DNA of 64,000 nucleotides from Gemmatimonadales bacterium (GCA_965249575.1 OZ252244.1:1024001-1088000); one strand, 5' to 3'; positions 9,274 to 19,675 are shown, counted from the stretch's first letter. The notes: a model not told the origin generated them from the sequence alone. Numbers and translations: made by a program.

Positions 9274-11935
9274 ATGGCCGATCTGCTCGACCGTCTGAAG
9301 GCAGCCGTTGCCGACCGGTACCGGATTGAACGCGAGTTGGGTGCCGGGGGGATGGCCACGGTGTACCTCGCTGAAGACCTAAGACATCATCGCCAGGTCG
9401 CCATCAAGGTGTTACGCCCGGATTTGGCTGCGGCACTTGGCGGTGAGCGGTTCCTACGCGAGATCGAGATCGCCGCCCAGCTTGACCACCCGCACATCCT
9501 GCCTCTCCTCGATTCAGGCGAGGCCGACGAGTTTCTCTACTACGTCATGCCCTATGTGAAGGGGCAGTCACTGCGTGAGAAGCTGTCACTTGAAGGCGAA
9601 TTACCCGTGGCAGAAGCTGTACGGCTCCTCCGGGACGTGGTCGATGCCCTCGCACACGCCCACAGGCACGGGGTGGTCCATCGGGATATCAAACCCGACA
9701 ATGTGATGCTTTCGGATCGGCATGCCCGCGTGACGGACTTCGGGGTCGCCAAGGCAGTGAGTGAGGCGACGGGACGGCAGGCCCTAACGACGGCTGGCGT
9801 CGCGCTGGGAACTCCTGCCTACATGGCCCCGGAGCAAGCAGCCGCCGATCCGCACATCGACCACCGAGCCGACATCTACGCGGTAGGAGTGCTCGCCTAT
9901 GAGTTGCTTGCCGGTCGAACGCCGTTCGGTGGCGATTCCCCCCAGGCAATCCTCTCCGCCCACGTAACCCAAGCGCCGGAGCCGGTGACGACGCATCGGG
10001 AGGTTTCACCCATCCTCGCCGAGCTGGTGATGCGGTGCTTGAAGAAGAAGGCGGCAGATCGGTGGCAGAGCGCCGAGGAACTGCTGACACAACTGGAAGC
10101 GTTGGCGACGCCGAGTGGGGGGATGACGCCGACGCACACGCAACCTGTTACGGCAGCCACCCTCCAATCGTCCCGGGGCAAGCTGCTCGCCTACGGTGCG
10201 GTCGGAGTGATCGCGATCCTCGCCGGATGGGGGATCTTCGGCAGAAGCGGGGGGGGGGGGACGTCAGCACCGAGTCGGATTTGCCGATGCTTGCGGTCCT
10301 GCCGTTCAGAAACCTCGGAGCAGAGGAGGACCAGTACTTCGCCGATGGCATGACGGAGGAAATCAATGCCCGAGTTGGCGTGATTTCGGGACTGCGAGTG
10401 GTCAGCCGGATGAGCGCGCTGACGTATCAGAACACAGATCTCCCGCTTAGCCAAATCGCGGAGGAACTGGGCGTCGGGTACGTCGTGCAAGGCACGATCA
10501 GGACAGACCGCACCACGGAAGGCGTTGGGCAAGTGCGGGTCACGCCCGAGCTCACCCGCGCATCGGACGGAGTCCAACTGTGGGCCGATGTGTACACCGC
10601 GAGTTTGGTCCCCGGCGAACTGTTCCGCGTCCAAGGCGAGATCGCCGAGCGCGTCGCGGAAGGGCTGAACGTGACGCTCTCACCGGAGGAACAGCAGGCC
10701 ATCGAAGACCGACCGACCGAGAACGCCGCGGCCTACGACGCGTATCTGCGGGGGATGGATTATTTCAGGCTCGGAACTTTACAGGAGTGGGACGCGCAGC
10801 GCATCGCCTTGGAAAACTTTGAGAGCGCGGTCACCCTCGATCCCGACTTCGCGCTGGCGCACGTGATGCACGGCCTCGCTCACCTTCGTTTGGTGAACTT
10901 TGACCAGAGTAATCCACCCTATCTCAACCGCTCGGATCGCCTCGCGTTTGCGAAGGAAGCTCTGGATCACGCGCTACGGCTCGATCCTGACCTGCCAGAG
11001 ATCCATTTGGCTTTGAGCAGGTACCACCGGGCGTCACGCGACACGGCGCGCTCGGAGGACGAGTTGGCCGTCGTGCTGCAAGAGCGCCCCAATGACCCCG
11101 AGGCAATCCTGAGTATGGGGCTTATCCAAGCCATGAGGGGTGCACGGGACTCCGCGGGCGTCTTGTTCAAAAAAAAGCGGTTGACCTCGATCCCCGGTCG
11201 GTCGGGACTGTGAGCGAGATCGCCTGGACGTATCTCCTTTCTAGCAGGTTGCATGACGATGCGCAGCCCTATGTTGATCGCTGGATTGCCCTCGCTCCCG
11301 ATGTACCACTCCCCTACGTCCTGAGGGCTTGGATGCACGCGCTCACCGGAGATACGATTGCGGCGCATCAACTGTTGGAGTTGGGCGAGCAGCGGGTCGG
11401 CATGATCCCTCTGTTAGTGGCCCTTGCGCGCATGACACACACCCTCCCGCTGGTGCGCATCTTCCCGGACGAATACGGCGAGGCAATGAAAAGACGCTCA
11501 CAGGATGCTATGGGTGCCGACATCGGCGACTATCTCATGGCCAAGGTGACCCCGTACTATGCGAATCCCGACCTCGCCCGAGGCTACTACGACTCCATGG
11601 TTGTGTGGACTACCGCCAGGATTGAGGCCAATCAGTGTGCGGACGTTTGGAGGCTCGTGCGGGTCTGGGCGTTGGCCGGGAGCGGACAAAAAGACGTGGC
11701 GTTACGGGAAGCAGATGCGGCGCTGATGTCCGGGGTCCCTCAACCGTGGATGCAAATACTCTTGGCTGAGGCCTACGTCATGATGGATGAGTATGATGAC
11801 GCCGTTGGCTGGTTGGAAGCCGCCGAGTCACACCCCGTCCTTCTTGTAACGCCGTCCCTCCTCAGAATCGATCCCTATTGGGAGCCGTTGCGCGATCACC
11901 CACGGTTTCAGCAGTTAGTGGCGGGCGAGAACTGA
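9274..11935 (+). CDS. Hanks-type Ser/Thr kinase with TM, TolB-like and TPR regions (two homopolymer frameshifts)
   Basis: LGAGGMATVY, AIK, HRDIKPDN, DFG, GTPAYMAPE; then LAVLPFRNL..YFADGMTEE, PTENAAAYDAYLRG and the end motif LRIDPYWEPLRDHPRF. Frame shifts at G12 (10249-10260) and A8 (11169-11176). Confidence 0.9.
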
Positions 11936-12022
11936 CAGCGTAGAGGTGACTCTCCCTGCGATGATGCGGTGGCTGGGCGACAGTCAGACGTTCAGGGGAA
12001 CAGGGGAGGTCCCTTTATTGCA

Positions 12023-12056
12023 CTTGGTACCATCTGGCGGCGTGATGCGGTTCCTC
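12023..12056 (+). repeat. Junction site S4 (cttggtaccat-CTGGCG-gcgtgatgcggttcct), degenerate right arm
   Basis: 19 bp identical to S5. Confidence 0.75.
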
Positions 12057-12088
12057 GTTGAGCCCATACTGCGAAAGGTATCATAGCC

Positions 12089-12544
12089 GTGGCACTTCGC
12101 GATGAGTTTGTCACTACGTGGCAGAAGTTCATAGAGTGGGTCGTGGAAACGACTGCACGGCGTATGAATTCACCTACTATCACATGGCCTGGACTCGCAA
12201 ACCAAACCCGTAGGGTTGGTGCGCGGCTAACCGACGAAGAGGCGTTAGCCGCTGTGCGAGTCGCGACTGGGCCCTTCAGCATTTTAGACGAGGACGTTTT
12301 GCGCACTATGATGTCCGAGATGACCCACGCTAAGGACACGACCGGCGATGACTTCGAGTCGGCGAGTACGGTTATCGGCAGCCTAAAGGATGTCCTCCAG
12401 GATCTGCCAGGTTGGGTCAAGATTCTCCTCACTTTGCTGAAACAGTTGGTGGATTTGATCAAGGGTAGGCTGGAACGAACTGGGGGGGTCCCGGACTTTC
12501 CGGAGGAGCCTCCAAGGGAAGGGCCGTTCCGACCGGCTGAGTAG
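12089..12544 (+). CDS. Hypothetical helical protein
   Basis: 151-aa ORF filling the S4-S5 interval, with an amphipathic C-terminal helix. Confidence 0.6.
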   Translation: MALRDEFVTTWQKFIEWVVETTARRMNSPTITWPGLANQTRRVGARLTDEEALAAVRVATGPFSILDEDVLRTMMSEMTHAKDTTGDDFESASTVIGSLKDVLQDLPGWVKILLTLLKQLVDLIKGRLERTGGVPDFPEEPPREGPFRPAE

Positions 12545-12593
12545 TCTGGCCCCTCCGTTCTGGGGAACAGAGCTGGCGACTTGGTGCCTAGCC

Positions 12594-13274
12594 CTATTGG
12601 TGGTGTCGGCGTTGTTCATTTGGTACCATCTGGCGGCGGTAAGCCGGTACCTGCGATGGTGATGAGGATTCTGCCGTCTTAGTAACGGAGACAGCGTTCG
12701 TCCCAGTTGTCCCAGTGTCCCACTCGACTAGAGCGTGAGATCGGTTCAGGACTACAATGTGCGATGGTTTATATGCAAAGAATCCGACGCCAACGGTGCC
12801 TTGATCGGGCAGTTCCTGCAAATAGATGGGCTTCCGGTTGTAGGAACAGCCAAACATTGCGAACACACCGTCATCTTCCGGCCCTGCGCGCTGAAGATCC
12901 AACGCTAGCTCCTCGCGCCCAACCCACCTCACATTCCGCGGTTCGCGACGGCGGACAATGCCCTTCGCGTGCTCCTCCGAGAAGCTCAGTAGATCCCTAT
13001 CGACCATCACTGGGCCTGGCACATCTGCAACGACTCCTGGACGGGGGGTCTCGTAGCCGAATGGTGGGTGACCCTCAAGGGGATAGTGCACTATTACCGT
13101 TACGATCTCCTCATCCAACACCTCGTCAAAGGAAACAGGTTTCACCGATCCGCGTTCCCTGACGGGGATCGTCCCCGGAACGGAGTCCCAGAAGTCCGGT
13201 AACGGTACACTCTGCATGAGAGCTTGCTTGTAACTCCAGCCCTCATTTGCCTCAGCGAGTTTACACCTGGTCAA
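12594..13274 (-). CDS. Hypothetical protein, 3' end runs through S5
   Basis: 226-aa ORF in lower-GC sequence; no family recognised. Confidence 0.4.
   Translation of the reverse strand: MTRCKLAEANEGWSYKQALMQSVPLPDFWDSVPGTIPVRERGSVKPVSFDEVLDEEIVTVIVHYPLEGHPPFGYETPRPGVVADVPGPVMVDRDLLSFSEEHAKGIVRRREPRNVRWVGREELALDLQRAGPEDDGVFAMFGCSYNRKPIYLQELPDQGTVGVGFFAYKPSHIVVLNRSHALVEWDTGTTGTNAVSVTKTAESSSPSQVPAYRRQMVPNEQRRHHQ
12619..12653 (+). repeat. Junction site S5 (tttggtaccat-CTGGCG-gcggtaagccggtacctg)
   Basis: Repeat copy. Confidence 0.8.
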
Positions 13275-13712
13275 ATGCTCTCTAAGAAGGGCCCCGCACC
13301 TCTCGTGTACGCTACTCCTAATTCGCTCGGGTACTCGAGGCGATTTCCCCAGCTGGCGGAAAGCTGGCGAGTGAATGCGTCAATCCTTCGACATTGGGGT
13401 GCTCCAGCTCATGCGGAGGTGCTGGAGCGCTGTGCCGAGGAGTTGGAGCAGGGGCTGCAGGAGTTCGAACTGGAGCCGCTGACGTTACAGGAGGCAGCAA
13501 AGGAGTCGGGATACTCGGCTGACCATCTGGGACGTCTGGTACGCCAGAGGAAGCTCCTCAACGTGGGTAAAGCAAACGCCCCGCGCATCCGACGGTGCGA
13601 CTTCCCACGAAAGCCTCCCCGTTTTGACAAATCGGAGACAGCTTCCCACTTTGGTGCCGCCAGCAAAGAGCAGATCGCACGGTCCATCGTAGCGAATGGA
13701 GATCTACGATGA
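13275..13712 (+). CDS. Excisionase-like HTH DNA-binding protein
   Basis: LTLQEAAKESGYSADHLGRLVRQ HTH; stop overlaps the integrase start (ATGA); true start uncertain. Confidence 0.7.
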   Translation: MLSKKGPAPLVYATPNSLGYSRRFPQLAESWRVNASILRHWGAPAHAEVLERCAEELEQGLQEFELEPLTLQEAAKESGYSADHLGRLVRQRKLLNVGKANAPRIRRCDFPRKPPRFDKSETASHFGAASKEQIARSIVANGDLR

Positions 13713-14577
13713 CCACTGCCAAACGCTGGAGCTATTCGACGGGCGAGCGCGGGCGCAACCGGGTTAGAGTGTTCCAGGACGGTACGCGTCCACTCCTCGT
13801 AGAGTTCTACGAAGGAGGGCCCGGAAGCGCGTCTCACTCGGTCACCGAGACCGCAGGCGTGCAAAGCAACAGGCCGATGACGTCGCCTCTAGCCTGGGTC
13901 GGGGTGCTCGGCCGAATGATGGCGATCCGACGCTCGCAACGCTCTTTGACAATTACTTACGCGAGGTGACTCCGGCCAAGTCCGAGGGCAAGCAACGACA
14001 TGACCGAAGGGCTGCGGAAATGTTCATGCGGTTCTTCGGACCGCAGCGTCGAGCCCGCACCGTCAATCGCCGCGACTGGGATCGGTTCACACGACAGCGG
14101 CTGGAAGCCGTGATTGCCCCGCAAGGGGTCCGTCGAGATGGGGGCGTGGGACCCCGCCAGGTCGAGTATGACTTGAAGTTTCTCGTGGCCGTTCTCAACT
14201 GGGCAACCAGAGCCGCTGACGAGCGTGGAGAACCGTTGCTGTTTCGCAATCCTGTCGCTGGTCTCCCCCTCCCCAAGGAGGAGAGTCCGATGCGTCCTCT
14301 GCTGACACATGCGCAGTACGAGGGCCTGCAGGGGGCAGCGTCCGATTTGGATTGGCGCTTTGCGCTGGCGCTCACGCTGGCCCATGAGACAGGACATCGT
14401 ATCGGAGCCATCCGTCTGCTCCAGTGGTCAGACATCGATCTAGACGAGGCCACGGTGCGTTGGCGTGCCGAGAACGACAAGATTGGGTTCGAACACGTCA
14501 CCCCACTCACTGACATCGCTGGGGACGCCTTGAGGACGGTTCAGCAGCAAACAGTCGAGCCCCACCCGAACTCGTAA
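13709..14577 (+). pseudogene. Tyrosine integrase, frameshifted (~13820) and C-terminally truncated
   Basis: N-terminal WSYSTGERGRNRVRVF; ETGHRIGAIRLLQWSDIDL (catalytic R) and ENDK; no HxxR/Y region. Confidence 0.85.
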
Positions 14578-14591
14578 GCTCAAGTGGGGCT
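14558..14591. terminator. Hairpin downstream of tRNA-Ile
   Basis: agccccac ... gtggggct inverted repeat. Confidence 0.45.
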
Positions 14592-14605
14592 TCCCCTTCC
14601 GTCGA

Positions 14606-14679
<74 letters not shown>

Positions 14680-14748
14680 GCACTTCAGCAGAACACAATG
14701 TAGAGCCCGGTCGCCCAGTCGCAAAGCGACCGAGCCGAGACACACGCT

Positions 14749-14964
14749 TTAATCCCACACCCGCCGGGTGCGACGAGTCGGATGCCACCCGTCGTCACCG
14801 TACTCGTCCTCGAATTCGTCATCGTCGCCGTCATCCTCGTCCTCGTCCTCATCCTCGTCCTCGTCATACTCTTCGTCTTCCTCGAAGTCGTCCTCGTTCT
14901 GGTCGTCGTCGGCGCCTCGACGCCTGGCCCTGACCGGCGAGATCGATCGCTCCCAGCGCGACAT
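14749..14964 (-). CDS. Small highly acidic protein
   Basis: 71 aa with a long D/E tract; GAGGAG RBS-like sequence upstream; follows typA. Confidence 0.5.
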   Translation of the reverse strand: MSRWERSISPVRARRRGADDDQNEDDFEEDEEYDEDEDEDEDEDDGDDDEFEDEYGDDGWHPTRRTRRVWD

Positions 14965-14993
14965 GTCCCAGGTTCTCCTCGGTTCGTGTTTCG

Positions 14994-16880
14994 CTATGAT
15001 GGCGCGACCGCCCGCGCCGCCGCCCGCGCCGATTTCCGACGGTCTGAGGCGCTGAGCTCCCGCTTGCGGAGCCGGATGCCCGCCGGCGTCACCTCGATCA
15101 ACTCGTCGTCCTCTATGTACTCCAGCGCCAGCTCCAGTGTAATCTGTCGGGCCGGCTCAAGCCGAATCATTTCGTCGGTCGCCGTCGTCCGGATGTTGCT
15201 GAGCTTCTTCTCACGGGTCACGTTCACGTCGAGATCGCCCGGTCGCACGTGTTCGCCCACGATCATCCCACCGTAGACCGGGTCGTTGGGACTGACGAAC
15301 ATCGCCGCACGCTCCTGCAAGTTGAACAGCACATACGGCACCGCCATTCCGTTCCGGTCGGCCACGAGCACACCGCGCTTTCGTCCGGCCAGCGGCCCTG
15401 CCCAGGATCCGTACTCGAGAAAACGGTGGTGCAGCACCCCTTCGCCACGGGTGTCCGTGAGGAACTCCGATCGGTAGCCGAACAGACCACGTGCCGGCAC
15501 GCGAAATCGCATGCGCACTTCGCCCCGGTCGGTGTGCTTCATGTCGATCAGGTCCCCGCGCCTCGGGCCCAGGCCCTCGAGGACTGTCCCGACCATGGCG
15601 TCCGGCCCATCGATCAACAACTCCTCGTACGGCTCCAGCCGCTTCCCGTCAACCCCCTCACGGGTGATCACCCGCGGACGCCCCACTAGGAACTCGTAGC
15701 CCTCACGCCGCATGGTCTCCATCAGAATCGTGAGGTGCAGATCACCGCGGCCGCAAACATTCAGTACGTCCGGCTGATCGGTTTCCTCCACCCGCAAGGC
15801 GACGTTCCGCTGCAGCTCACGGAACAGACGATCCCGCACCTGCCGCGTCGTGACGAACCGTCCCGAGCGGCCGGCAAACGGGGAGTCGTTGACCTGGAAA
15901 TCAACCGAAATGGTCGGCTCTTCGACGGCGATGCCCGCGAGGCGCTCGAGGTGTCCGGGATCCGTGACCGATTTGCCGACCTCGATGCCCTCGAGACCCG
16001 CCAGCGCAATGATCTCCCCGGCACCCGCTTCCTTCACCTCCACGCGATCCAGTGCTTCGAATGTGTACAGCCGGGCGACGCGCGCACGCTCGGTGTCTTC
16101 CTCGGAGACGATCCCAGGCTCCCCCAGCGGGAGCAGGGCAACGGGTTGGCCCACGCGAACGGTTCCCCGCTCGATACGGCCAATGGCCAGCCGGCCCACG
16201 TAGGGCGAGAAATCCACCGTGGACACCAGCATCTGAAAGGGATGGTCCGCATCACCCCCGGGGACTGGGACATGATCGAGGATCGCGCCGAAGAGCGGGG
16301 TGAGGTCGCCCTGCTCCGCGTCCGCCTCGACCTCAGCCAACCGGCGCTCGGCGGCCGCGAGGGCGTGTTCCGCAATGCCGAGTCGGGCCGCGGCGTACAA
16401 AAACGGCGCATCCAGCTGGTCGTGCGACGCTTCGAGCTCCATGAATAGTTCGAGCACCTCGTCGTGCACCTCCGAGGCGCGCGCGTCGGAGCGATCGACT
16501 TTGTTGATCACTACGATCGGGGCGAGCCCCAGCTCCAATGCCTTTCTCGTCACGAAACGCGTTTGCGGCATTGGGCCTTCGGCTGCGTCCACCAGCAGCA
16601 GCACGCCGTCGACCATGCGGAGAATGCGCTCGACCTCGCCGCCGAAATCGGCGTGGCCGGGAGTGTCAACGATATTGATCTTGGTGGATCGCCATCGAAC
16701 AGAGGTATTCTTCGAGAGAATCGTGATCCCCCGCTCTCGCTCGAGGGGGTTCGAGTCCATCACGCGCTCTTCCACCTGCTGATTGGCCCTGAAAGCACCC
16801 GCCTGCCGGAGCATATGATCGACCAGGGTCGTCTTCCCGTGGTCCACATGCGCGATAATCGCGATGTTCCTGGTCGACAA
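14994..16880 (-). CDS. typA: Translational GTPase TypA/BipA
   Basis: [45 protein letters not shown]. Confidence 0.97.
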   Translation of the reverse strand: MSTRNIAIIAHVDHGKTTLVDHMLRQAGAFRANQQVEERVMDSNPLERERGITILSKNTSVRWRSTKINIVDTPGHADFGGEVERILRMVDGVLLLVDAAEGPMPQTRFVTRKALELGLAPIVVINKVDRSDARASEVHDEVLELFMELEASHDQLDAPFLYAAARLGIAEHALAAAERRLAEVEADAEQGDLTPLFGAILDHVPVPGGDADHPFQMLVSTVDFSPYVGRLAIGRIERGTVRVGQPVALLPLGEPGIVSEEDTERARVARLYTFEALDRVEVKEAGAGEIIALAGLEGIEVGKSVTDPGHLERLAGIAVEEPTISVDFQVNDSPFAGRSGRFVTTRQVRDRLFRELQRNVALRVEETDQPDVLNVCGRGDLHLTILMETMRREGYEFLVGRPRVITREGVDGKRLEPYEELLIDGPDAMVGTVLEGLGPRRGDLIDMKHTDRGEVRMRFRVPARGLFGYRSEFLTDTRGEGVLHHRFLEYGSWAGPLAGRKRGVLVADRNGMAVPYVLFNLQERAAMFVSPNDPVYGGMIVGEHVRPGDLDVNVTREKKLSNIRTTATDEMIRLEPARQITLELALEYIEDDELIEVTPAGIRLRKRELSASDRRKSARAAARAVAPS

Positions 16881-16993
16881 ACTACAAATCCTTATGTATC
16901 ACGTACTTGCGAAAGCGCCACTGGGACCCTTGCGGCAGTATATCTGGCTCCGTAGGAGAATGCAAGACAGCCCAGCACCATGCCAGCCAGCGT

Positions 16994-18331
16994 TCATCGA
17001 TCGGGCGAATTCGGTTTCTGAGTGCGTATGCGCACGGACTCGGCGTGACCGCTCAGCCCCTCCGATTCGGCCAGGGCCATGATGTCGGCGGCATCGGCCG
17101 CGAGACGTGCCTCGGTATACTCGATCACGCTCGTCCGCTTGACGAAATCGTACACGCCGAGTGGCGAGGAGAACCGTGCCGTGCCTCCCGTTGGCAGGAC
17201 GTGGCTCGGTCCGGCAATGTAATCGCCCACCGGCTCGGGCGTGGACTCGCCGACGAAGACGGCGCCAGCGTTTCGCACCTCCTCCGCCCAGCGGTCAGCG
17301 TCACGGACGAGCAGCTCGCAGTGTTCTGGTGCCCGGCGGTTTGCCACGTTCACGGCCGTCTCCAGATCGGGCACGACGATCGCCATGCCGTTACGGAACA
17401 GCGCTCCGCGCGCAACCGCAGCGCGCCGGCTCGTCGCGAGCCGTTGGACCAGCTCGGCTTCGACCCGCTCGACCAAACCTTCCGATGTCGTGACCAGCCA
17501 CGCATGAGCATCCTCATCGTGCTCGGCCTGCGCCAGGAGGTCGGCCGCCACGTGGGTTGGATTGGCCGTGTCGTCGGCGACAACCAACACTTCTGTCGGT
17601 CCGGCAATCATGTCGATGCCGACGGCACCCACGAGCTGGCGTTTTGCCTCGGACACCCACTTGTTGCCGGGACCCACGATCTTGTCCACCGGCGGAACCG
17701 TCGTCGTGCCGAAGGCGAGCGCGGCGATGCCCTGCGCACCGCCGATGCGGAATAGCCGGGTCACGTCCGCAACCGCGCATGCCGCGAGCACGACCTCCGA
17801 TACCCCGCCCGGCGGCGTAATGGCCACGATGTCCGATACACCCGCGACACGCGCGGGAATCGCGTTCATCAGCACGGTCGAGGGATAGGCCGCCTGCCCG
17901 CCGGGGATGTAGATGCCCACGCGCTCCAAGGGCAGGACGCGCATCCCCAGTCTGCTTCCGTCGGGCAAGAGATAGGCGAAGCCCGACTCGCGCTGCCGCT
18001 CGTGATACGCGCGGACACGCGCTTCCGCCCGCTCGAGTGCGCCGCTCAGTTCCGGTGCCAGCCCGGCACGAGCGGCTTCCCATTCCTCTCGCGGAACCTC
18101 CCATCGATCCGGTGGCAGGTCGGCACCGTCGAGCGTCCGCTGGTACTCGGCGACCGCGGCATCACCACGAGACCGGACCGCCTCCAAGATGTCGCGCACC
18201 GCGCCGCGCGTGGCCTCGTCCGGCAAGCGGGCCGAGCGCGTCAGGCAGTCCTCGAGCGCAGCGAACGGAGGAACTTGCACACGCGTCAGGACGGCGCTGG
18301 CGGGCCGGTCGGCATTGGCTAGCTTTGACAT
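16994..18331 (-). CDS. hisD: Histidinol dehydrogenase
   Basis: PLERVGIYIPGG, GPGNKWV, DLLAQAEHD, APEH, GDYIAGPSHVLPT; start uncertain. Confidence 0.93.
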   Translation of the reverse strand: MSKLANADRPASAVLTRVQVPPFAALEDCLTRSARLPDEATRGAVRDILEAVRSRGDAAVAEYQRTLDGADLPPDRWEVPREEWEAARAGLAPELSGALERAEARVRAYHERQRESGFAYLLPDGSRLGMRVLPLERVGIYIPGGQAAYPSTVLMNAIPARVAGVSDIVAITPPGGVSEVVLAACAVADVTRLFRIGGAQGIAALAFGTTTVPPVDKIVGPGNKWVSEAKRQLVGAVGIDMIAGPTEVLVVADDTANPTHVAADLLAQAEHDEDAHAWLVTTSEGLVERVEAELVQRLATSRRAAVARGALFRNGMAIVVPDLETAVNVANRRAPEHCELLVRDADRWAEEVRNAGAVFVGESTPEPVGDYIAGPSHVLPTGGTARFSSPLGVYDFVKRTSVIEYTEARLAADAADIMALAESEGLSGHAESVRIRTQKPNSPDR

Positions 18332-18343
18332 ACCTGCCACTCT

Positions 18344-19675
18344 ATGGAAGAACTCGGGCTCAGCTCGCTGCTGCTTCGCAGCGCCGTCGTGGTTGTCCTC
18401 ATCGTGGCCAACGCCTTCTTCGTCGCGGCTGAGTTTGCCCTGGTTTCGGCCCGCCGCACACGCATCGAGACGCTCGCGCAACAAGGGGATGCGAAGGCTA
18501 AGGCCGCCCTGGCGGCGCTGCAAGACCTCAATCGTCAGCTCTCCGCCGCCCAACTGGGCATCACCGTGGCTTCGATCCTTCTGGGCTATGTCGCCGAAGA
18601 CACCGTCGCAGTGCTCTGCAACCAGTGGATGAGTGGGCTCCCGCCCGCGCTTGCGTTTCTCGGACGGACGGCGGTTGCATCGGTGGTCGCGATCTTCCTG
18701 GTGTCGTTCCTCCACGTGGTGTTTGGGGAACAAGCCCCAAAAACCTGGGCAATCACGTTCCCCGAGGCTACAAGTCGCTGGCTTGCGGCTCCACTGATGT
18801 TCTTCGCCTGGATCACAAGGCCGGCCACCAACCTCTTAAACTGGAGCTCCAACCGCGTGCTGGCCCTCACCGGGCTCAAGGCCACCGCGAATGGGGAGCA
18901 CAGGATTCACTCACCGGAAGAGATTGTCATGCTCCTCAAGAAGAGCGAGAAACTGGGGCAGATCGACACCGGCGACCTTCGCATGATCGAGGGTGTGTTC
19001 GAGTTTACCGAGAAGACCGCATCGGACGTCATGACGCCACGGACCGAGATCGTTGGGCTTTCGGGAAGCCTGACCATCGAAGAGGCCGCGGATCGTGTCG
19101 CCGAAGCCGGCCGCTCGCGGTATCCCGTCTACCGAAGCTCTGTCGATGATGTCTTCGGCATCGTGCATGCGAAGCCGATCCTCGCGACCCTCCGAAGCGG
19201 TTCGGCTCCGTCGCTCGAGGCGATCGCGCGCGAGCCCCTCTTCGTACCCAGAACGCGCGAGGTCGAAGATGTGCTCGCCGAGATGAAACACCGCAAAGAG
19301 CACATGGCGATCGTGCTGGACGAGTTCGGCGGGACCGCAGGCATCGTGACGATGGAGGACTTGTTGGAGGAAATCGTTGGCCAGATCTACGACGAGCACG
19401 ATCCCGCCGAGGCTCCCGCCTCGTCTGACCGGAACGTCCTGACCGGCCGCATGTCTCTCGCCGAGGTGAACGAACACCTCAACCTCGCGCTACACGGGGG
19501 CAGCTTTCATACGGTGGGCGGGTACGTTTTCGGACGACTCGGCCGGCTCCCCATCCAGGGAGATCGCGTGCCGGTCGAGGGCGGCGCGTTCGAGGTGCTC
19601 GAAATGAAGGGTCGACGCATCGCAAAACTTCGTTGGGTGCCGAATGGGGACGAGATCACCCCTCCGAAGCCATAG
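18344..19675 (+). CDS. Hemolysin-family CNNM/CBS/CorC protein
   Basis: NAFFVAAEFALVS, QLGIT, GEQAPK, VMTPR, SRYPV, DEFGGTAGIVTMEDLLEEIVG. Confidence 0.95.
   Translation: MEELGLSSLLLRSAVVVVLIVANAFFVAAEFALVSARRTRIETLAQQGDAKAKAALAALQDLNRQLSAAQLGITVASILLGYVAEDTVAVLCNQWMSGLPPALAFLGRTAVASVVAIFLVSFLHVVFGEQAPKTWAITFPEATSRWLAAPLMFFAWITRPATNLLNWSSNRVLALTGLKATANGEHRIHSPEEIVMLLKKSEKLGQIDTGDLRMIEGVFEFTEKTASDVMTPRTEIVGLSGSLTIEEAADRVAEAGRSRYPVYRSSVDDVFGIVHAKPILATLRSGSAPSLEAIAREPLFVPRTREVEDVLAEMKHRKEHMAIVLDEFGGTAGIVTMEDLLEEIVGQIYDEHDPAEAPASSDRNVLTGRMSLAEVNEHLNLALHGGSFHTVGGYVFGRLGRLPIQGDRVPVEGGAFEVLEMKGRRIAKLRWVPNGDEITPPKP

Noticed and set aside
12024..12046. Resemblance of the S sites to phage lambda operators (TACC..GGCGGT)
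   Set aside because: The spacing differs and there is no CI/Cro pair or lambdoid gene; treated as coincidence.
6514..12653. S sites as a CRISPR array
   Set aside because: Spacing is irregular (140 bp to 3.6 kb), the repeats are degenerate, the intervals contain genes and there are no cas genes.
6006..14577. Split integrase rejoined on circularisation (N-part at 13709, C-part at 6006)
   Set aside because: The C-terminal piece lies outside the att repeat, so it would not be on the circle. The region between the two fragments is also missing.
14790..14912. tcg/tcc trinucleotide tract as a functional DNA repeat
   Set aside because: Explained by Asp/Glu codons of the acidic ORF on the minus strand.
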